Part shown: positions 35,497-47,874 of the stretch, piece after piece
Layout of the letters: each line of letters starts with the position of its first letter
How positions within the stretch are numbered: the stretch's first letter is position 1
From: Geosiphon pyriformis uo1
Taxonomy: Eukaryota > Fungi > Glomeromycota
Direction of reading: 5' to 3'
Length of the DNA: 64,000 nucleotides
Assembly (NCBI GenBank): GCA_016748015.1
Contig: JAAOMT010000591.1
Coordinates: forward strand, 137,532-201,531
Notes under the pieces: generated by a model
What the model was told of the DNA's origin: nothing
Database searches by the model: none
What the model saw: the letters and a program-made list of their open reading frames with translations, nothing else
Made by a program: the position numbers and the translations under genes

Positions 35497-36373
35497 TGTT
35501 ACTCATAAAAAGAAAACAGATATAGAAAATAGTAGACCAATAAGAAAATAGTATTTAGCATGTGAGCACATTGCTCAACAATGTGGAGCAATATTAGAAA
35601 TCATGGCACATTGTTCAGCAATGTAGAGCAATATCAGAAAGCATAGCATATTGCTCAGCAATGTAAAGTGATATTAGAAAATTAAGGCATATTGTTCAGC
35701 AATGTGAGCATTGCTCAAGAAATTATAGCACATCACTCAGGAATGTGAGTGATCTCATAGAACATCAATTATGTATATATAGCAGTAGTGTTAGAAGTAG
35801 AAAGAGCAGAATCTCTAGTTAGAAATCTTCCATTCACAAATATTAAATAAATAAATTATTTACTATCCAAATCTACTCTTCACTATTAACACTTCATGTT
35901 GATAGTAATTGATACTTAACTATGTTGGAACAATAGCTCTTGATTATGGCTATTGATGAATACTAACTTGTGCATTGCCTTGGCTTATTTTTTTATTTTT
36001 CTTTTATTTATTTTTCTTGATTTTATTGTTGTATATTAACCAATTAAGAATTAAAGTGCTGAGTAATTGACATTATGAATAGCCTGGTAAAAAACCCAAA
36101 AATAAAGATAAAATTATATATATATTAACAGATAGCTTACCAGAAGAGCACAAATGCCAAAATAAACCAGTCACCAAGCTGAAGACAGAAATTGGGAACA
36201 CAACTCACCAACCAACTACATCATCATTGAATTTCTGTTCATTATACAAAAGACTCAATGCTAAAACTTTTAGATACAACCAACGTACTAATAACACTAG
36301 CATTGTCAAGATATTGAGCACCAAGTTACGGATTTGTTATTTGATTTGAGACTTCAAATAATTATCTGTAACA
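35497..36373 (+). repeat. 5' LTR of E6 (B1 U3), with PBS at 36374-36392
   Basis: TGTTAC...GTAACA followed by TTTGGTGCTCTCTGTAAGG. Confidence 0.95.
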
Positions 36374-36435
36374 TTTGGTGCTCTCTGTAAGGTATAATTT
36401 TACAGAAAATCAGCACTATTAACAATCATTCAAAA

Positions 36436-39400
36436 GTGGCAGAATCAGAAATCATAGGAACAAACCATTTAGGATTCGCCAAATCCTTATTCCAATAGTA
36501 CAGTTAACAATTAGGATTGAACAATAATCATTTCCCAGCGGAATCAGTCTTTAATTTTTATGTCAATAATAAAATTACAGACTGATTAAGAGAAACAGTT
36601 AACATTGAATCTGCAAGAGAAAATTTCTATACAGAATTATTTCAACATACCAGCTTACCAAAAAACTACAGTTTTGCACCAATTATTAGGAAAATCAATT
36701 AGACTATTAAAAGATATACACAACAACAATTCCCCATCACTTACACAGATAAAGGCAAAGGAAAATTGCAAACCCCAGCAGTAATACTAAAACAAATCCA
36801 ACCACCCAATTGGAAGAAAACCCAAATTGAATCACTCACCCATCCATCATATCATTATACACCTGGAAGTGCTATCAACATCTCATCAACAGATGCGTCT
36901 ACATTAAACACAACATCAATCTTTAGATGCTTCCCATTTCAAAACAAACAATGAAAAGCAGAGTTATTAGGACCATATGATGATTACTTTGAAGAATTTA
37001 AATTGTGATTGCCAACACCATCAGGATTCCAATTACCACCATCTCAACCAGATTTCGGAAACACAAGTCCTTGAAAAATAACAGAATTAGAAGAAAAAGA
37101 AGAAAAAGAATCTGAAAATCAAGAATTTACTTACCAGAACCCGATTATGGAAAACTTGGAATTTGGAATCCTGAATCTTTAAACCCAGCAAAATTCAAAT
37201 TTAGAAAACCCGGAAATTGAAACTCCGAATATTCAACTACCACCAAATCAGAACAATCAGAACTCTGATCTAATTAATCAACTGGATCTACCTCTCATTA
37301 TTATCATTAACCCACTACCAATTGAACCGATTAACCAGCCACTACAACAACCACACCAGCAGATTCAACAGCCACTAGTACCACTTTAACAACCACCACA
37401 ACCCAACTTAGATCCAATAGCATATGCACCAATAGCCAAACTCAAAAAATTCACTGGCGAAGGGGATGACGCCCAAGTATGACTAAATGATGTGAAGAAA
37501 GCCATTGCAGTTAATGAATGGAATGACACCAAAACCATACAAACCATCTCATATTTTCTTCAGAATAATTCATGGTATCAAAGCCTGGTCAACAAACCCC
37601 AAAATTTCAATATATTTAAAATAGAGTTCTTAAGATACTTCAGCAATAATAACAGCATTAACAGGTTAGCAAACACCTTCATTACCATTAAACAAGGAAA
37701 AAATAAAGCAGTCACTACTTACTTAGAACACTTCTACAAAAATCTGTGCCAGATCCAAGCCATCGACCCCAATTATTTCACAATAGCCCAGATCCTAAAT
37801 CAGTTTATTCACGAATTACACAGTAGCATCCTGTAACACATACACCCAATGCATTCCATCAATTTGCAAGCAGCCATCATAAATGCCAGAGATTTTAAAG
37901 CCACTGAACTCGAAGCTAACCATGCCCAAGCCATTAATCTAGTAATGAATAGATTATTTGAATTAAATTCTAAATTGAAACAATTTAGTGATTCCATCAA
38001 TCAGAAATTAGAGAGATACTTAGTTAACAATCATGCAATTTATAAACCACCACAATGACACAATAATTTTGAAAATGCAAATCGTTTCCAGAATCAGTCA
38101 CATTCATTATTGTCGACCAATCAACAGTAGCAACAGGAAATGCGTGTTTGCTACTATTGTGGTAAACAAAGACACCTACAAATTGATTGCTATCATCACT
38201 TAAATAACCAATGATCAGGAAATCAATATCAAAACCCTGATTGCCAGTTTCAAATTCCAAATAAACCACCAAACTCAGAACCATATTATCAGAATTACTT
38301 ACCTATGACACAGCAGCCACCTTATCAACCACCAGTATATCAAATGCCAATTTATCAACTAACAAAACCAGCAAATTATCAGCCGCAGCCACAATCCATT
38401 TATCAGCCACAATCTCAGGTAATATATCTGCCCCAACAAATTCAAACACCACCACAGAACTTACCTCAAAATGGAATCTAAAGGCTGAGATTGACCCAAC
38501 AAAGCTGGAGATCATTGATAGTAGTCCACCAACTGATTCCCAGTTCTTCCACACAATCAGCAGGATCTTGACAATGAAATTTGGGCCCTGAGTATATCCA
38601 ACATCTGAATTCCCAAAACTATTTAAGTCTACTGGTTACCCCAAAAGATGTTCAACCCAATAACCTAGAAACCAACCAACATCCAACACTTATCAGCAAC
38701 ATTCTGCTAGCTACCATCACCGAGAACAAATCACTAGATGTCATCTTTCCATTTGAATTCGAAGAACTGTCGACCACACCATTATTTAGTGGAGCCGCTC
38801 TGGAAGAAAAACCCATTACTGTCATGTATACTGATGCCAAAGTTGATGGCCACTCCATCAAACTGATTCTAGACAGTAGATCAGCTGGCAGCATCATTAC
38901 AAAACAACTCATGAACCAATTAGGTCACTAAGTTGATTGTGCTGTCAGCACCAGGATCATAACCACTGATGAAACAACCAAAACTTCCATTGGTAAGATT
39001 GATGACTTCCCTTTTGAAGTTAATGGCATCATCATTCCCATCAAAGTTTTAGTGATAGAAGCAACTCAATATCAGGCATTAGTAGGGAATAACTGGTTAT
39101 CTAAAACCAATACCATACTGGACTGGATGATGCAGAAGCTCCAACTGAGCCAAAACAGTCAATACATATGTGTACCAGCCATATGTGGCTATTTTAAGAC
39201 CACCAACTCGACAACCCCACTTATTGAATTCGAGGAAGACAAAGAGAAACCTACCTGGAAAGTGTACTAAGTCTCTTGGGCCAATGAAAACCACAATGAG
39301 CTACCACCAATACTTTCTTGGAATGACAAAAAAAAAGGGAAGAAAAACAAAAAACTTATCTGAAATACCAGCCAAGCCTGAGAAACAAATAATAATCAAG

Positions 39401-42400
39401 ATGAATCTGCAACTTGGGAGTGGGAAGAAACTAACAAAGGAAAGAAAAAGAAGAAGGAAGAAGAAACTACCCTTATCAACAATACTTACAGTCTATATGC
39501 TTATACTTCATCACAACCATCCAATTATTGTCAACCAAAATTAGAGTGTGTCAATTGCAGCAAGAAACTGTCATTAATGGGTGCTTGTTATGGTAACAAT
39601 AAAGAATATGTCACAGCAACAAAATTTTATTGCCACCCATGCATCATAGAATGCTTTGGATGACCAAAATGACAAAAAAAGTGGGACAATCAACCATGTC
39701 TCACATGTGAAACTATCTTGTCTGATGAAGAAATATGGAATGACATTCTTGGACAAGAAGAGATGTGTGATAAGACATGCCAATATACCATCTTAATAAA
39801 TGACTGGGTACGCAAAAGAACTCCTATCAATGACACCTGGAAAAGAGCATTGTGATGATTAGAAAAATATCCTCATAACGAACATGAACTCTGGAGAATG
39901 GCATATGCAAAAACAGAAGACATGACAACCAGTAAACTACTGGAAATAAAAAACAACCCTCTATTTCTTCCTAAACCCAAATATGTCCAAACTTTTGACA
40001 TTTTTAGCAATATTGAGAATGACCCAGAGGAATTCCATGAATATTACCAACAATTAATATCCACCAGAGAAGAGCAAAAACAATGCTTAAAAGAAATAAA
40101 CACCTGATTATGTGACCACTGTTTGATCTCATGTGACTTCCAGTATTGTAATAAGTGTGACCTCATTTACAATCCACCACCATGCATAATCTACATAATC
40201 TCAAAAGAAGACAAACCAATAAGCAACTGCACATTGGAATTGGAATTAACTTTCAATTCCGATTTAAACTCTGACAACGACAATGAGAAAAACATCAGTT
40301 CCAGCTCTGCTTAATATGACAACAAAAATATCAACGATTCAGACTCTGATTCAAATCTTGAAATATATATTGCACTTTTTAATCTATTTAAGAAGCAGAA
40401 ACTTAAATGGTATAGTGACAATAATAAAGGTATTATGTCAGAACACATGTATGATACTAATACAAGGTTTGATCTGAGATATTTGGGAAAAGAAGCCATC
40501 AAGTTAAAACCAAATTTGCACACATATATTGATCTTAAAATAGCTTTAGAAATTCTAGCAACAACCATGGTTCAATTAGCATCTAAGAATAGCCTAGCGA
40601 AAAAAAGAATCAACATCAGAGGAGGAATAATTGATGCAGAGTATGTAAGAAATATCATTGCTATGCTACAAAATAACTCAAAAAAGGCCTATATCATAGA
40701 GCCAAATGAAAAGATAGCACAGGCAATATTCTTGTCTCTAATGAAAGTAACTAAATTAATATCAGTGGGAAACAGAGAAGAATTAGGAATAACAGCAAGA
40801 GGGATACAGAGATTTGGATCCACAGGTAGAATAGATATATCAGTTAATATGGCAGAGAAAAAAATTGTTGACAAAGGAGAAATTATCTCAACCCATCAAA
40901 CAATTTCCATTCTGCCATATGACCAGTATATGTTAGCCATAAAAAGAGAAATAAGAGATCAAGCTCAATTGTTTAAAGCAGAAGCCACTATTTGTGAATC
41001 AGGAGAGATTGGACTCACCAATCTCTACATATCAGCCAAAAGCCCCAAAAACATCAAAATTTTCATCTATAATGCAACTGAAAAGATTATCAAAATACCA
41101 AAAGAAACCATTATTGGATATTTAATCACCGAAGTTGAGAATCAACCACCAAACCACATTTCAGATTTTTTACAGCTTTGCAGATATGTGGACATTACAT
41201 CACAAATCATCTATAGAAGAAGTGAATGTTATCTGCTCCAACCAGAACAATTGGAACAGATGAACATAAGAAATTTAGATCCACTTCAACAGATGCAACT
41301 CAAAATGTTACTCAACAATTTCAATGACATCTTTGCTAGCAAAAATAAATTTGGCCAAACCAACATCATCAAATCAAGACTGAAGATGCAATGCCAATTA
41401 AACAAAGAGCATACAGAGTACCCCCAGCTAGTTATAAGATTATTTGTCAAGAAATTAACTGAATGCTTAACAATAGGCTAATTCAGCCATCAATGAGTCC
41501 ATAGTCATCACCAGTGGTACTGGTTCATAAGAAAAATGGGAAAATCCGTTTTTGTGTAGACTACTAGAAACTGAATGGAATAACAAAAAGTGATGACTAT
41601 CCAACTCCAAAGATCCAAAAACTATTCAATACTTTTAGAGGAAATAAATAGTTCTTAATACTAGATTTAGATAGTGGTTACTGGCAAGTAGCCATGAATC
41701 CAGCCGACAAAGAAAAAATAACATTTACCACAAAAGAAAGAAATTTTGAGTTTGAAGTTATGCCATTTGGCTTGATAAATGCTCTAGCAACATTCCAATG
41801 GCTCATAGAAATTGTCTATACTGAATTACTATGGTATACTTGGATGACACCAATGTGTTCTCAAAAACATTCAATGATCATCTGCATCATCTTTAACAAG
41901 TGTTCAAAAAATTAAGAAGAACAGGATTAAAACTAAATGCAACTAAATGTTTCTTTGGAAAAACTGAACTCAAGTTTTTGGGATATGTAGTGAGCAAAGA
42001 TGGAATCAAAACGAATTCAGACAAAATTGAAGTAGTTAAAAACTTTTCAGTACCAACCAACTTGACAGAACTAAGAGCATTTTTAGGTTTCGCAGGCTAT
42101 TATCACTATTTTATCAAAGACTTTTCAAAACTGGCTTAGCCACTTCACCATCTACAGACTAAGAATATAAAGTATGAATGGACCAAAGCTCAACAAGAAG
42201 CATTTGACACATTAAGAAAAAAGCTTATCTAAGCTCTAGTATTGATGTATTCAAATCACAGCAAACCATTTATAATTATCACTGATGCATTAGGTCAAGC
42301 ATTGGGAGCAGTACTATTACAGAAAAGATCAGATGAAAGAGAACATCTAAAAGCTTAAGTCCAGCTGAAAAGAACTATGGAACTCCAGCACTAGAACACT

Positions 42401-42624
42401 TACCTATCTATTGGGCTGTCATCAAATGGAAGGAATACTAGAATCAAAAGTTTGAAGTACACACTAATCACAAAGGATTGACTTTAATCCAAAAACAAAA
42501 ATTTGCAGATGATTGTCATGCCAGATGGAAAATAAAACTTTCACCATTTAATTATACAGTACATTATAAAAAAGGAAAAGACAATGGAAATACTGACAAA
42601 CTGTTGTGAATGAGACAAATCTAA
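36436..42624 (+). pseudogene. gag-pol: gag-pol polyprotein of E6
   Basis: Capsid 37492-38058, PR LILDSRS near 38870, dUTPase at 40435 and RT at 41694-42139. Terminal TAA at 42622-42624. Confidence 0.92.
40432..40830 (+). pseudogene. dut: dUTPase domain inside pol (E6 copy; present in all six family B elements)
   Basis: Motifs across copies: AGFDL, LASRSSLA, GGIIDAGYVG, EKIAQAIF and RGIQGFGSTG (dUTPase motifs I-V). Confidence 0.93.
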
Positions 42625-42653
42625 AAACATTCCAACCAAAAATATAACAAAAG

Positions 42654-44030
42654 ATAAATATACAAAAATACCAATAATTTCAATATTATATAAATACCCA
42701 ATTTTTCAAGGAGAAATTATTTCAAAAAGAACAAAAAAACATAAAACAACAATCAAAAAATTTTATTAACCATCAAAATATACTTTACCAGAAGAACAGA
42801 AGAAATTCAGATCAACCAACTAGAGTAATTACTGAACCAGAGAAAGAGACAATATTATTCAACATGTACTTAGACCCAACAGCAGGACATTTTCATAAAG
42901 AAGTGATCATGGAAAGAATCAGAAAGAGATATTATTGGCCATTGATGTATCCAAACATCATCTAATATGTTCAGAATTGTGATGCTTGTTAGAGAAGAGA
43001 TAGAACAAGACAAAGTGAACCATTAAGACCAATTAAAGTAGAACAACCATTCGATCACATTGGAATTGACTTAGTCAGATCATTAACAATCACCAGCAGA
43101 AACAATAGATATATTGCAGTAGTCATAGACTATTTCACAAAATGGCCAAAAGCAAAAGCCATTCAAAAAGCAGATGCAGAATCCATTGCCAAATTTGTTC
43201 ATCAAGATTTGATATGTCAACATGGATGTTCAAAAGAATTATTATCAGATCAAGGAACTCATTTTGTAAATAGAACATTAACAAAATTAAGTCAAAGATT
43301 TGGGATAAAAAGACTATTATTGTCATTATATCATTCACAAACAAATAGACTAGTCAAAAGGTTTAACAGAACACTATGTGAAGCAATTGCCAAAATCAGT
43401 CAAAAAAACCAAAATGAATGGAATTTGTTTATACCATCAGTATTATTTGCTTATTGAACAATGAGACAAGATATTACACAAGCAACACCATTTGAATTGG
43501 TATATGGTAGGACAGCAACATTACCAGTTGAGAGAGAGATCAGCACATATCCAACAGAACCAATAACAAAAGCTAATTTCCAAGAAACATTGTTGAGAAG
43601 AACATATAACCTAATGGAAACACTAAAAAACAGACGACAAAAAGCAGTTGATAACATTCAAAAGTCTCAAAAAAAGCAAAAAGAACGACATGATAACCAA
43701 TTATCAGATAAACCAGTTGAATTCAAGATTGGAGACAAAGTACTTCTATATTGTACCAAAGTAAAAAAACAATGGAGTGAAAAATTTGATCCCAAATAGA
43801 ACAGACCATTTTACATAGAAAAAATTCTTGGAAATAGAGCTTATAAACTAAGATGGGACAACAAAATCTTAGCCAAAGCAGCACATGGTGATTGACTGAA
43901 ATCATATTACCTAATAGCATCATTATTCACCAATAACATTTCACAATTAGGAATACAATGAATACTGGTTCAACCAGATAAGATTCCATGAGATCTGGAA
44001 CCAATCATAATCATTGGACCAAACACATAA
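42654..44030 (+). pseudogene. int: Stand-alone integrase ORF of E6
   Basis: Start decayed to ATA; HHCC, DDE and GPF remnants. Confidence 0.9.
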
Positions 44031-44090
44031 AATCAAACAATAAAAAAGTATATAAAGACACAGTATACACAACAAAGACAACTAAGAAAA

Positions 44091-44725
44091 ATGGAAATAC
44101 CAGATCATATTTACGCCATAGCTTAACAATTATTCCAGGCCTTAAGTCAACAATCTTTTGACATGAAAATTATTGTTAACAACCAAACAATTTGCTATCG
44201 AAACACCAAAAAAAAGACAAAGAATACATCATATTAATGGTTACCAAAGAATGATAAAAACTGGTCAGACAACATAATAAAAAAAGTAAAGAACACTTTT
44301 GGAAAAATACCTATTATGACACTAACAGAAAAACCTATAAAAAAAAATTGGAAGCAATGGACAGAACAACTTCTAATATCATACTGTTACTATCAGTTAG
44401 GTTGAAAGTTGAATATTCAGGAGTTGTATATCAACAAATTCAAGAGAATATTTAACCAAGACATAATACAACAAATTGAAGAATTTATTGGAAAGAAAAC
44501 AAATTCAACATTATATGTTAAAACAATGTACTAACTACACAACATATTTCAAAACAACCCAGAAATACTGTTACACTCTGAAATAAAAACTATAACCATT
44601 AACCAATAGGGAAGAATGAACAATACACAAGTAGAAAACGTAAGAAACAGAGTCAAACAAACAATACTTGAAAAAAAGTATTAGAATTAATTCAAAACAA
44701 AGATTTTGACAGAGCTTAATATTAA
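44091..44725 (+). pseudogene. ORF3 of E6 (variant B1)
   Basis: Colinear with 17214-17849; begins MEIPDHIYAIA. Confidence 0.85.
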
Positions 44726-44738
44726 AAGAAGGAGATAA

Positions 44739-45615
44739 TGTTACTTATAAAAAGAAAACAGATATAGAAAATAGTAGACCAATAAGAAAATAGTATTTAG
44801 CACGTGAGCATATTGCTCAATAATATAGAGCAATGTCAGAAATCATGGCACATTGCTCAGCAATATAGAGCAATGTCAGAAAGCATGGCACATTGCTCAG
44901 CAATATGGAGCAATGTTAGAAAATTAGAACACATTGTTTAGCAATATGAGCATTACTCAAGAAATTGTAGCACATTGCTTGGGAATGTGAATGATCTTGT
45001 AAAACATCAATTATGTATATATAGTGGTAGCATTAGAAGTAGAAAGAGCAGAATCTCTAGTTAGAAATCTTCCATCCACAAATATCAAATAAATAAATCA
45101 TCTACTATCCAAATTCACTCTTTACTATTAACACTTTATGTTGATAGTAATTAATACTTAATTACACTAGAACAATAGCTCTTGATCATGGCTATTGACA
45201 AATACTAACTTGTGTATTGCCTTGGCTTATTTTTTTGTTTTTCTTTTATTTCTTTTTCTTGATTTTATTGTTGTATATTAACCGATTAAGGATTAAAGCA
45301 CTAAGTAATTGACATTATGGATAGTCTGATAAAAGACCCAGAAATAAAGGTAAAATTATATATATATTAACAAATAGCTTATCAGAAAGGCACAAATGTC
45401 AAAATAAACCAGCTACCAAGCTGAAGACAGAAATTGGGAACACAACTTACCAACCAACTACATTGTTATTGAATCTCTGTTTATTATACAAAAGACTCAA
45501 CCCTAAAATCTTCAGATACAACTAATGTATTGATAACACCAACATTGTCAAGATATTGAGCACCAAGTTACGGATTTGTTATTTAATTTGAGACCCCAAA
45601 TAATCATCTGTAACA
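44739..45615 (+). repeat. 3' LTR of E6
   Basis: Copy of 35497-36373, preceded by the PPT AAGAAGGAGATAA. Confidence 0.95.
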
Positions 45616-46366
45616 TCATACCATCCACAAACCAACAAATTAGTTGAATGATTCAATAAAACACTGTGTAGAGCAGTTGTCAAGATCAGTTAAGAAAACC
45701 AGAATAAATGAGATTTGTTTATATCATCAGTATTATTTGCTTATCAGACAATGAAATAAGACACTACACAAGCAACACCATTTGAATTAGTATATAGTAG
45801 AACAGCAATATTACCAGTTGAGATAAAAGTCAACACTTATTCAACAGAACCAATAACTAAAGACAATTTTCAGGAAATGTTGCTATATAACTTAATGGAA
45901 ACATTAGAAAACAAACAACAAAGAGCAGCTGATAACATCCAAAAGTCACAAAAAAAAAAAAAAAACATGATAACCAACTACCAGAAAAACCAGTTGAATT
46001 CAAGATTGGAGACAAAGTACTTCTACATCATACCAAAGTGGAAAAACAATAGAGTGGAAAATTTGACCCCAAATGAGATGAATCATTTCACATAGAAGAA
46101 ATTCTTGGAAATAGAACTTATAAATTAAGATAGAACAACAAAATCTTAGCCAAAACAGCACATAGTAATTGACTGAAATCATATCACTATATAGTGTTAC
46201 TATTCATCAGTAATATTCCATAATTAGAAATACAGAAAATACTAGTCCAACCAGACGAGATTCCATGAGATCTGGAACCAATCATAATTATTAAACCAAA
46301 CACATAAAATTGAACAATAAAAAAAGGATATAAAACATAGTAGATGTGACAAAAGACTTCAGAAAA

Positions 46367-47005
46367 ATGGAAATCACTGACAACATTTACTTACTAGCAC
46401 AACAACTCTTTTAATTGATCCAACAACAAAATATGGAAATTACTATTAATCAACAAACCATTCAATACTGAAATACCAGAAAGATATCCAAATACAAAAG
46501 TCAAAAGAAAACAGAAAACACTATTGACAAAATGGTTCTGAAAATAAAATTAGCAATAGAAGAACCAACAAGTGTCACCACATATCAAGAATTGACCAGA
46601 AAAACGTGGAAATGGTAGATATACAAATTTCCAAGAAACTTTTGTTATTTCCACTTGTGATGACATTTGAATATTCAGAACTTATACACAGATAAAACAA
46701 AACGATTATTCAACACAACAATACTGCAACAACTGGAACAATTTGTGAGAAAGAACAATCTAACAACACAAGCAAGAGCTATCTATTGATTGCATGCTGG
46801 ATTCCAAGACAGACCAGAAATTTTACTTAATCTGGAAATGGACTCCATTACAGTTAACCAAATAGGAAAAATAACCAACACCCAATTTAAAAAATTACAG
46901 AACAAAATAACTCAAGTAATTCTTGAAAAAAAAGTTCAAGAAATACTCAAAGACAGAGAATTAGAGTTAGAAGATTTGGAAGATCTTGACAGAGCTCAAT
47001 ATTAA
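46367..47005 (+). pseudogene. ORF3 of E5 (variant B2)
   Basis: MEITDNIYLLAQQLF...RAIY(R)LHAGFQDRPEILLNLEMDSITVNQIGKITN...DLDRAQY*. Confidence 0.85.
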
Positions 47006-47018
47006 AAGGAAAAAATAA

Positions 47019-47874
47019 TATTACTTATAAAATATAGGGAGTATATTAGCATACAAATTAACCAATCAGAGATAGTCATAGTAAATGTGGAATTCCAGAA
47101 TTCCTTTTATGAGGAATCACAGGATTCCAGAAATTTCAGGATTTTTGTACAAGAAATTACAGAATTCCAGAATTCCAGGATTTCTCTCAAAAAGAATTGC
47201 AAGATTCCAAAAATTCCAGAATTCCTGGTATGAAGAATTGAGAAATTGAGGAATCTCAATTATGTATATATAGCAGTAGTACTAGAAGGAGAAAAAACAA
47301 AATTCTTTAGTTAGAGACCTCTCCATTTAGATTTAATCTAAGCAACCTTCCACATTACAAATATCAAATAAATAATTATTCAATATCTCAAATCCACTCT
47401 TCATTATCAACATTTTATGTTAATAATAATTGATACTTAACTACACTAGAACAATAGCTTTTGATTATGGCTATTGACAGAATACTAACTATTATTGTTT
47501 TGGCTTATTCTTTATTTTTCTTTCTTTTCTTTATTTTTTTCTTTTGTTATTTCTTCTGTTTATTAACTTGATTAAAGGATTCATGTATGGAGGTACTGAT
47601 GTCAGGATATAATAACTAGTAAAAGACCCAAAAATAAGAATAAGACACTTAATTGAGAATAACTTACCAAAAAAAATACCAGCCATCACGCTGAGAAAGA
47701 AATTGACAAAACTGTGGTTTCAAGAAGCTATGAATAACACAATTATTAAATCTTTGTCCATTATACAAAGAACTCTACACCAAAATCTTCAGATATTAAC
47801 ACCAAAAATACCAATCAAGCACCAAGTTATGAGTTTGTTATTTGACTTGAGATCCCAAATAATCATTTGTAACA
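47019..47874 (+). repeat. 3' LTR of E5 (B2, 856 bp)
   Basis: Copy of 27770-28600 with 25 extra bp in the U3 array. Confidence 0.93.
47088..47255 (+). repeat. B2 U3 array of GGAATTCC/TTCCAG(G)AA units between the CCAAT and TATA boxes
   Basis: Many short units visible. Same array in the LTRs at 3675, 5511, 27770, 51708 and 56583. Confidence 0.88.

Larger units (their letters stand above)
35497..45615 (+). mobile_element. E6: full-length family B element (10,119 bp), TSD CCAT decayed to CTAT/TCAT
   Basis: Two 877-bp LTRs, PBS and PPT. The host integrase SPYHPQ codons are restored on removing the element. Confidence 0.95.
34821..46307 (+). pseudogene. int: Stand-alone integrase ORF of E5, split by E6
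   Basis: The ATG-initiated ORF at 34821 (MNIQKYQQL...HSDPTAGHF...CDACQRR...DQGTHF) resumes at 45620 (YHPQTN). Confidence 0.92.
27770..47874 (+). mobile_element. E5: full-length family B element, TSD CCAT; hosts E6
   Basis: Paired B2-type LTRs, with CCAT at 27766-27769 and 47875-47878. Confidence 0.95.
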
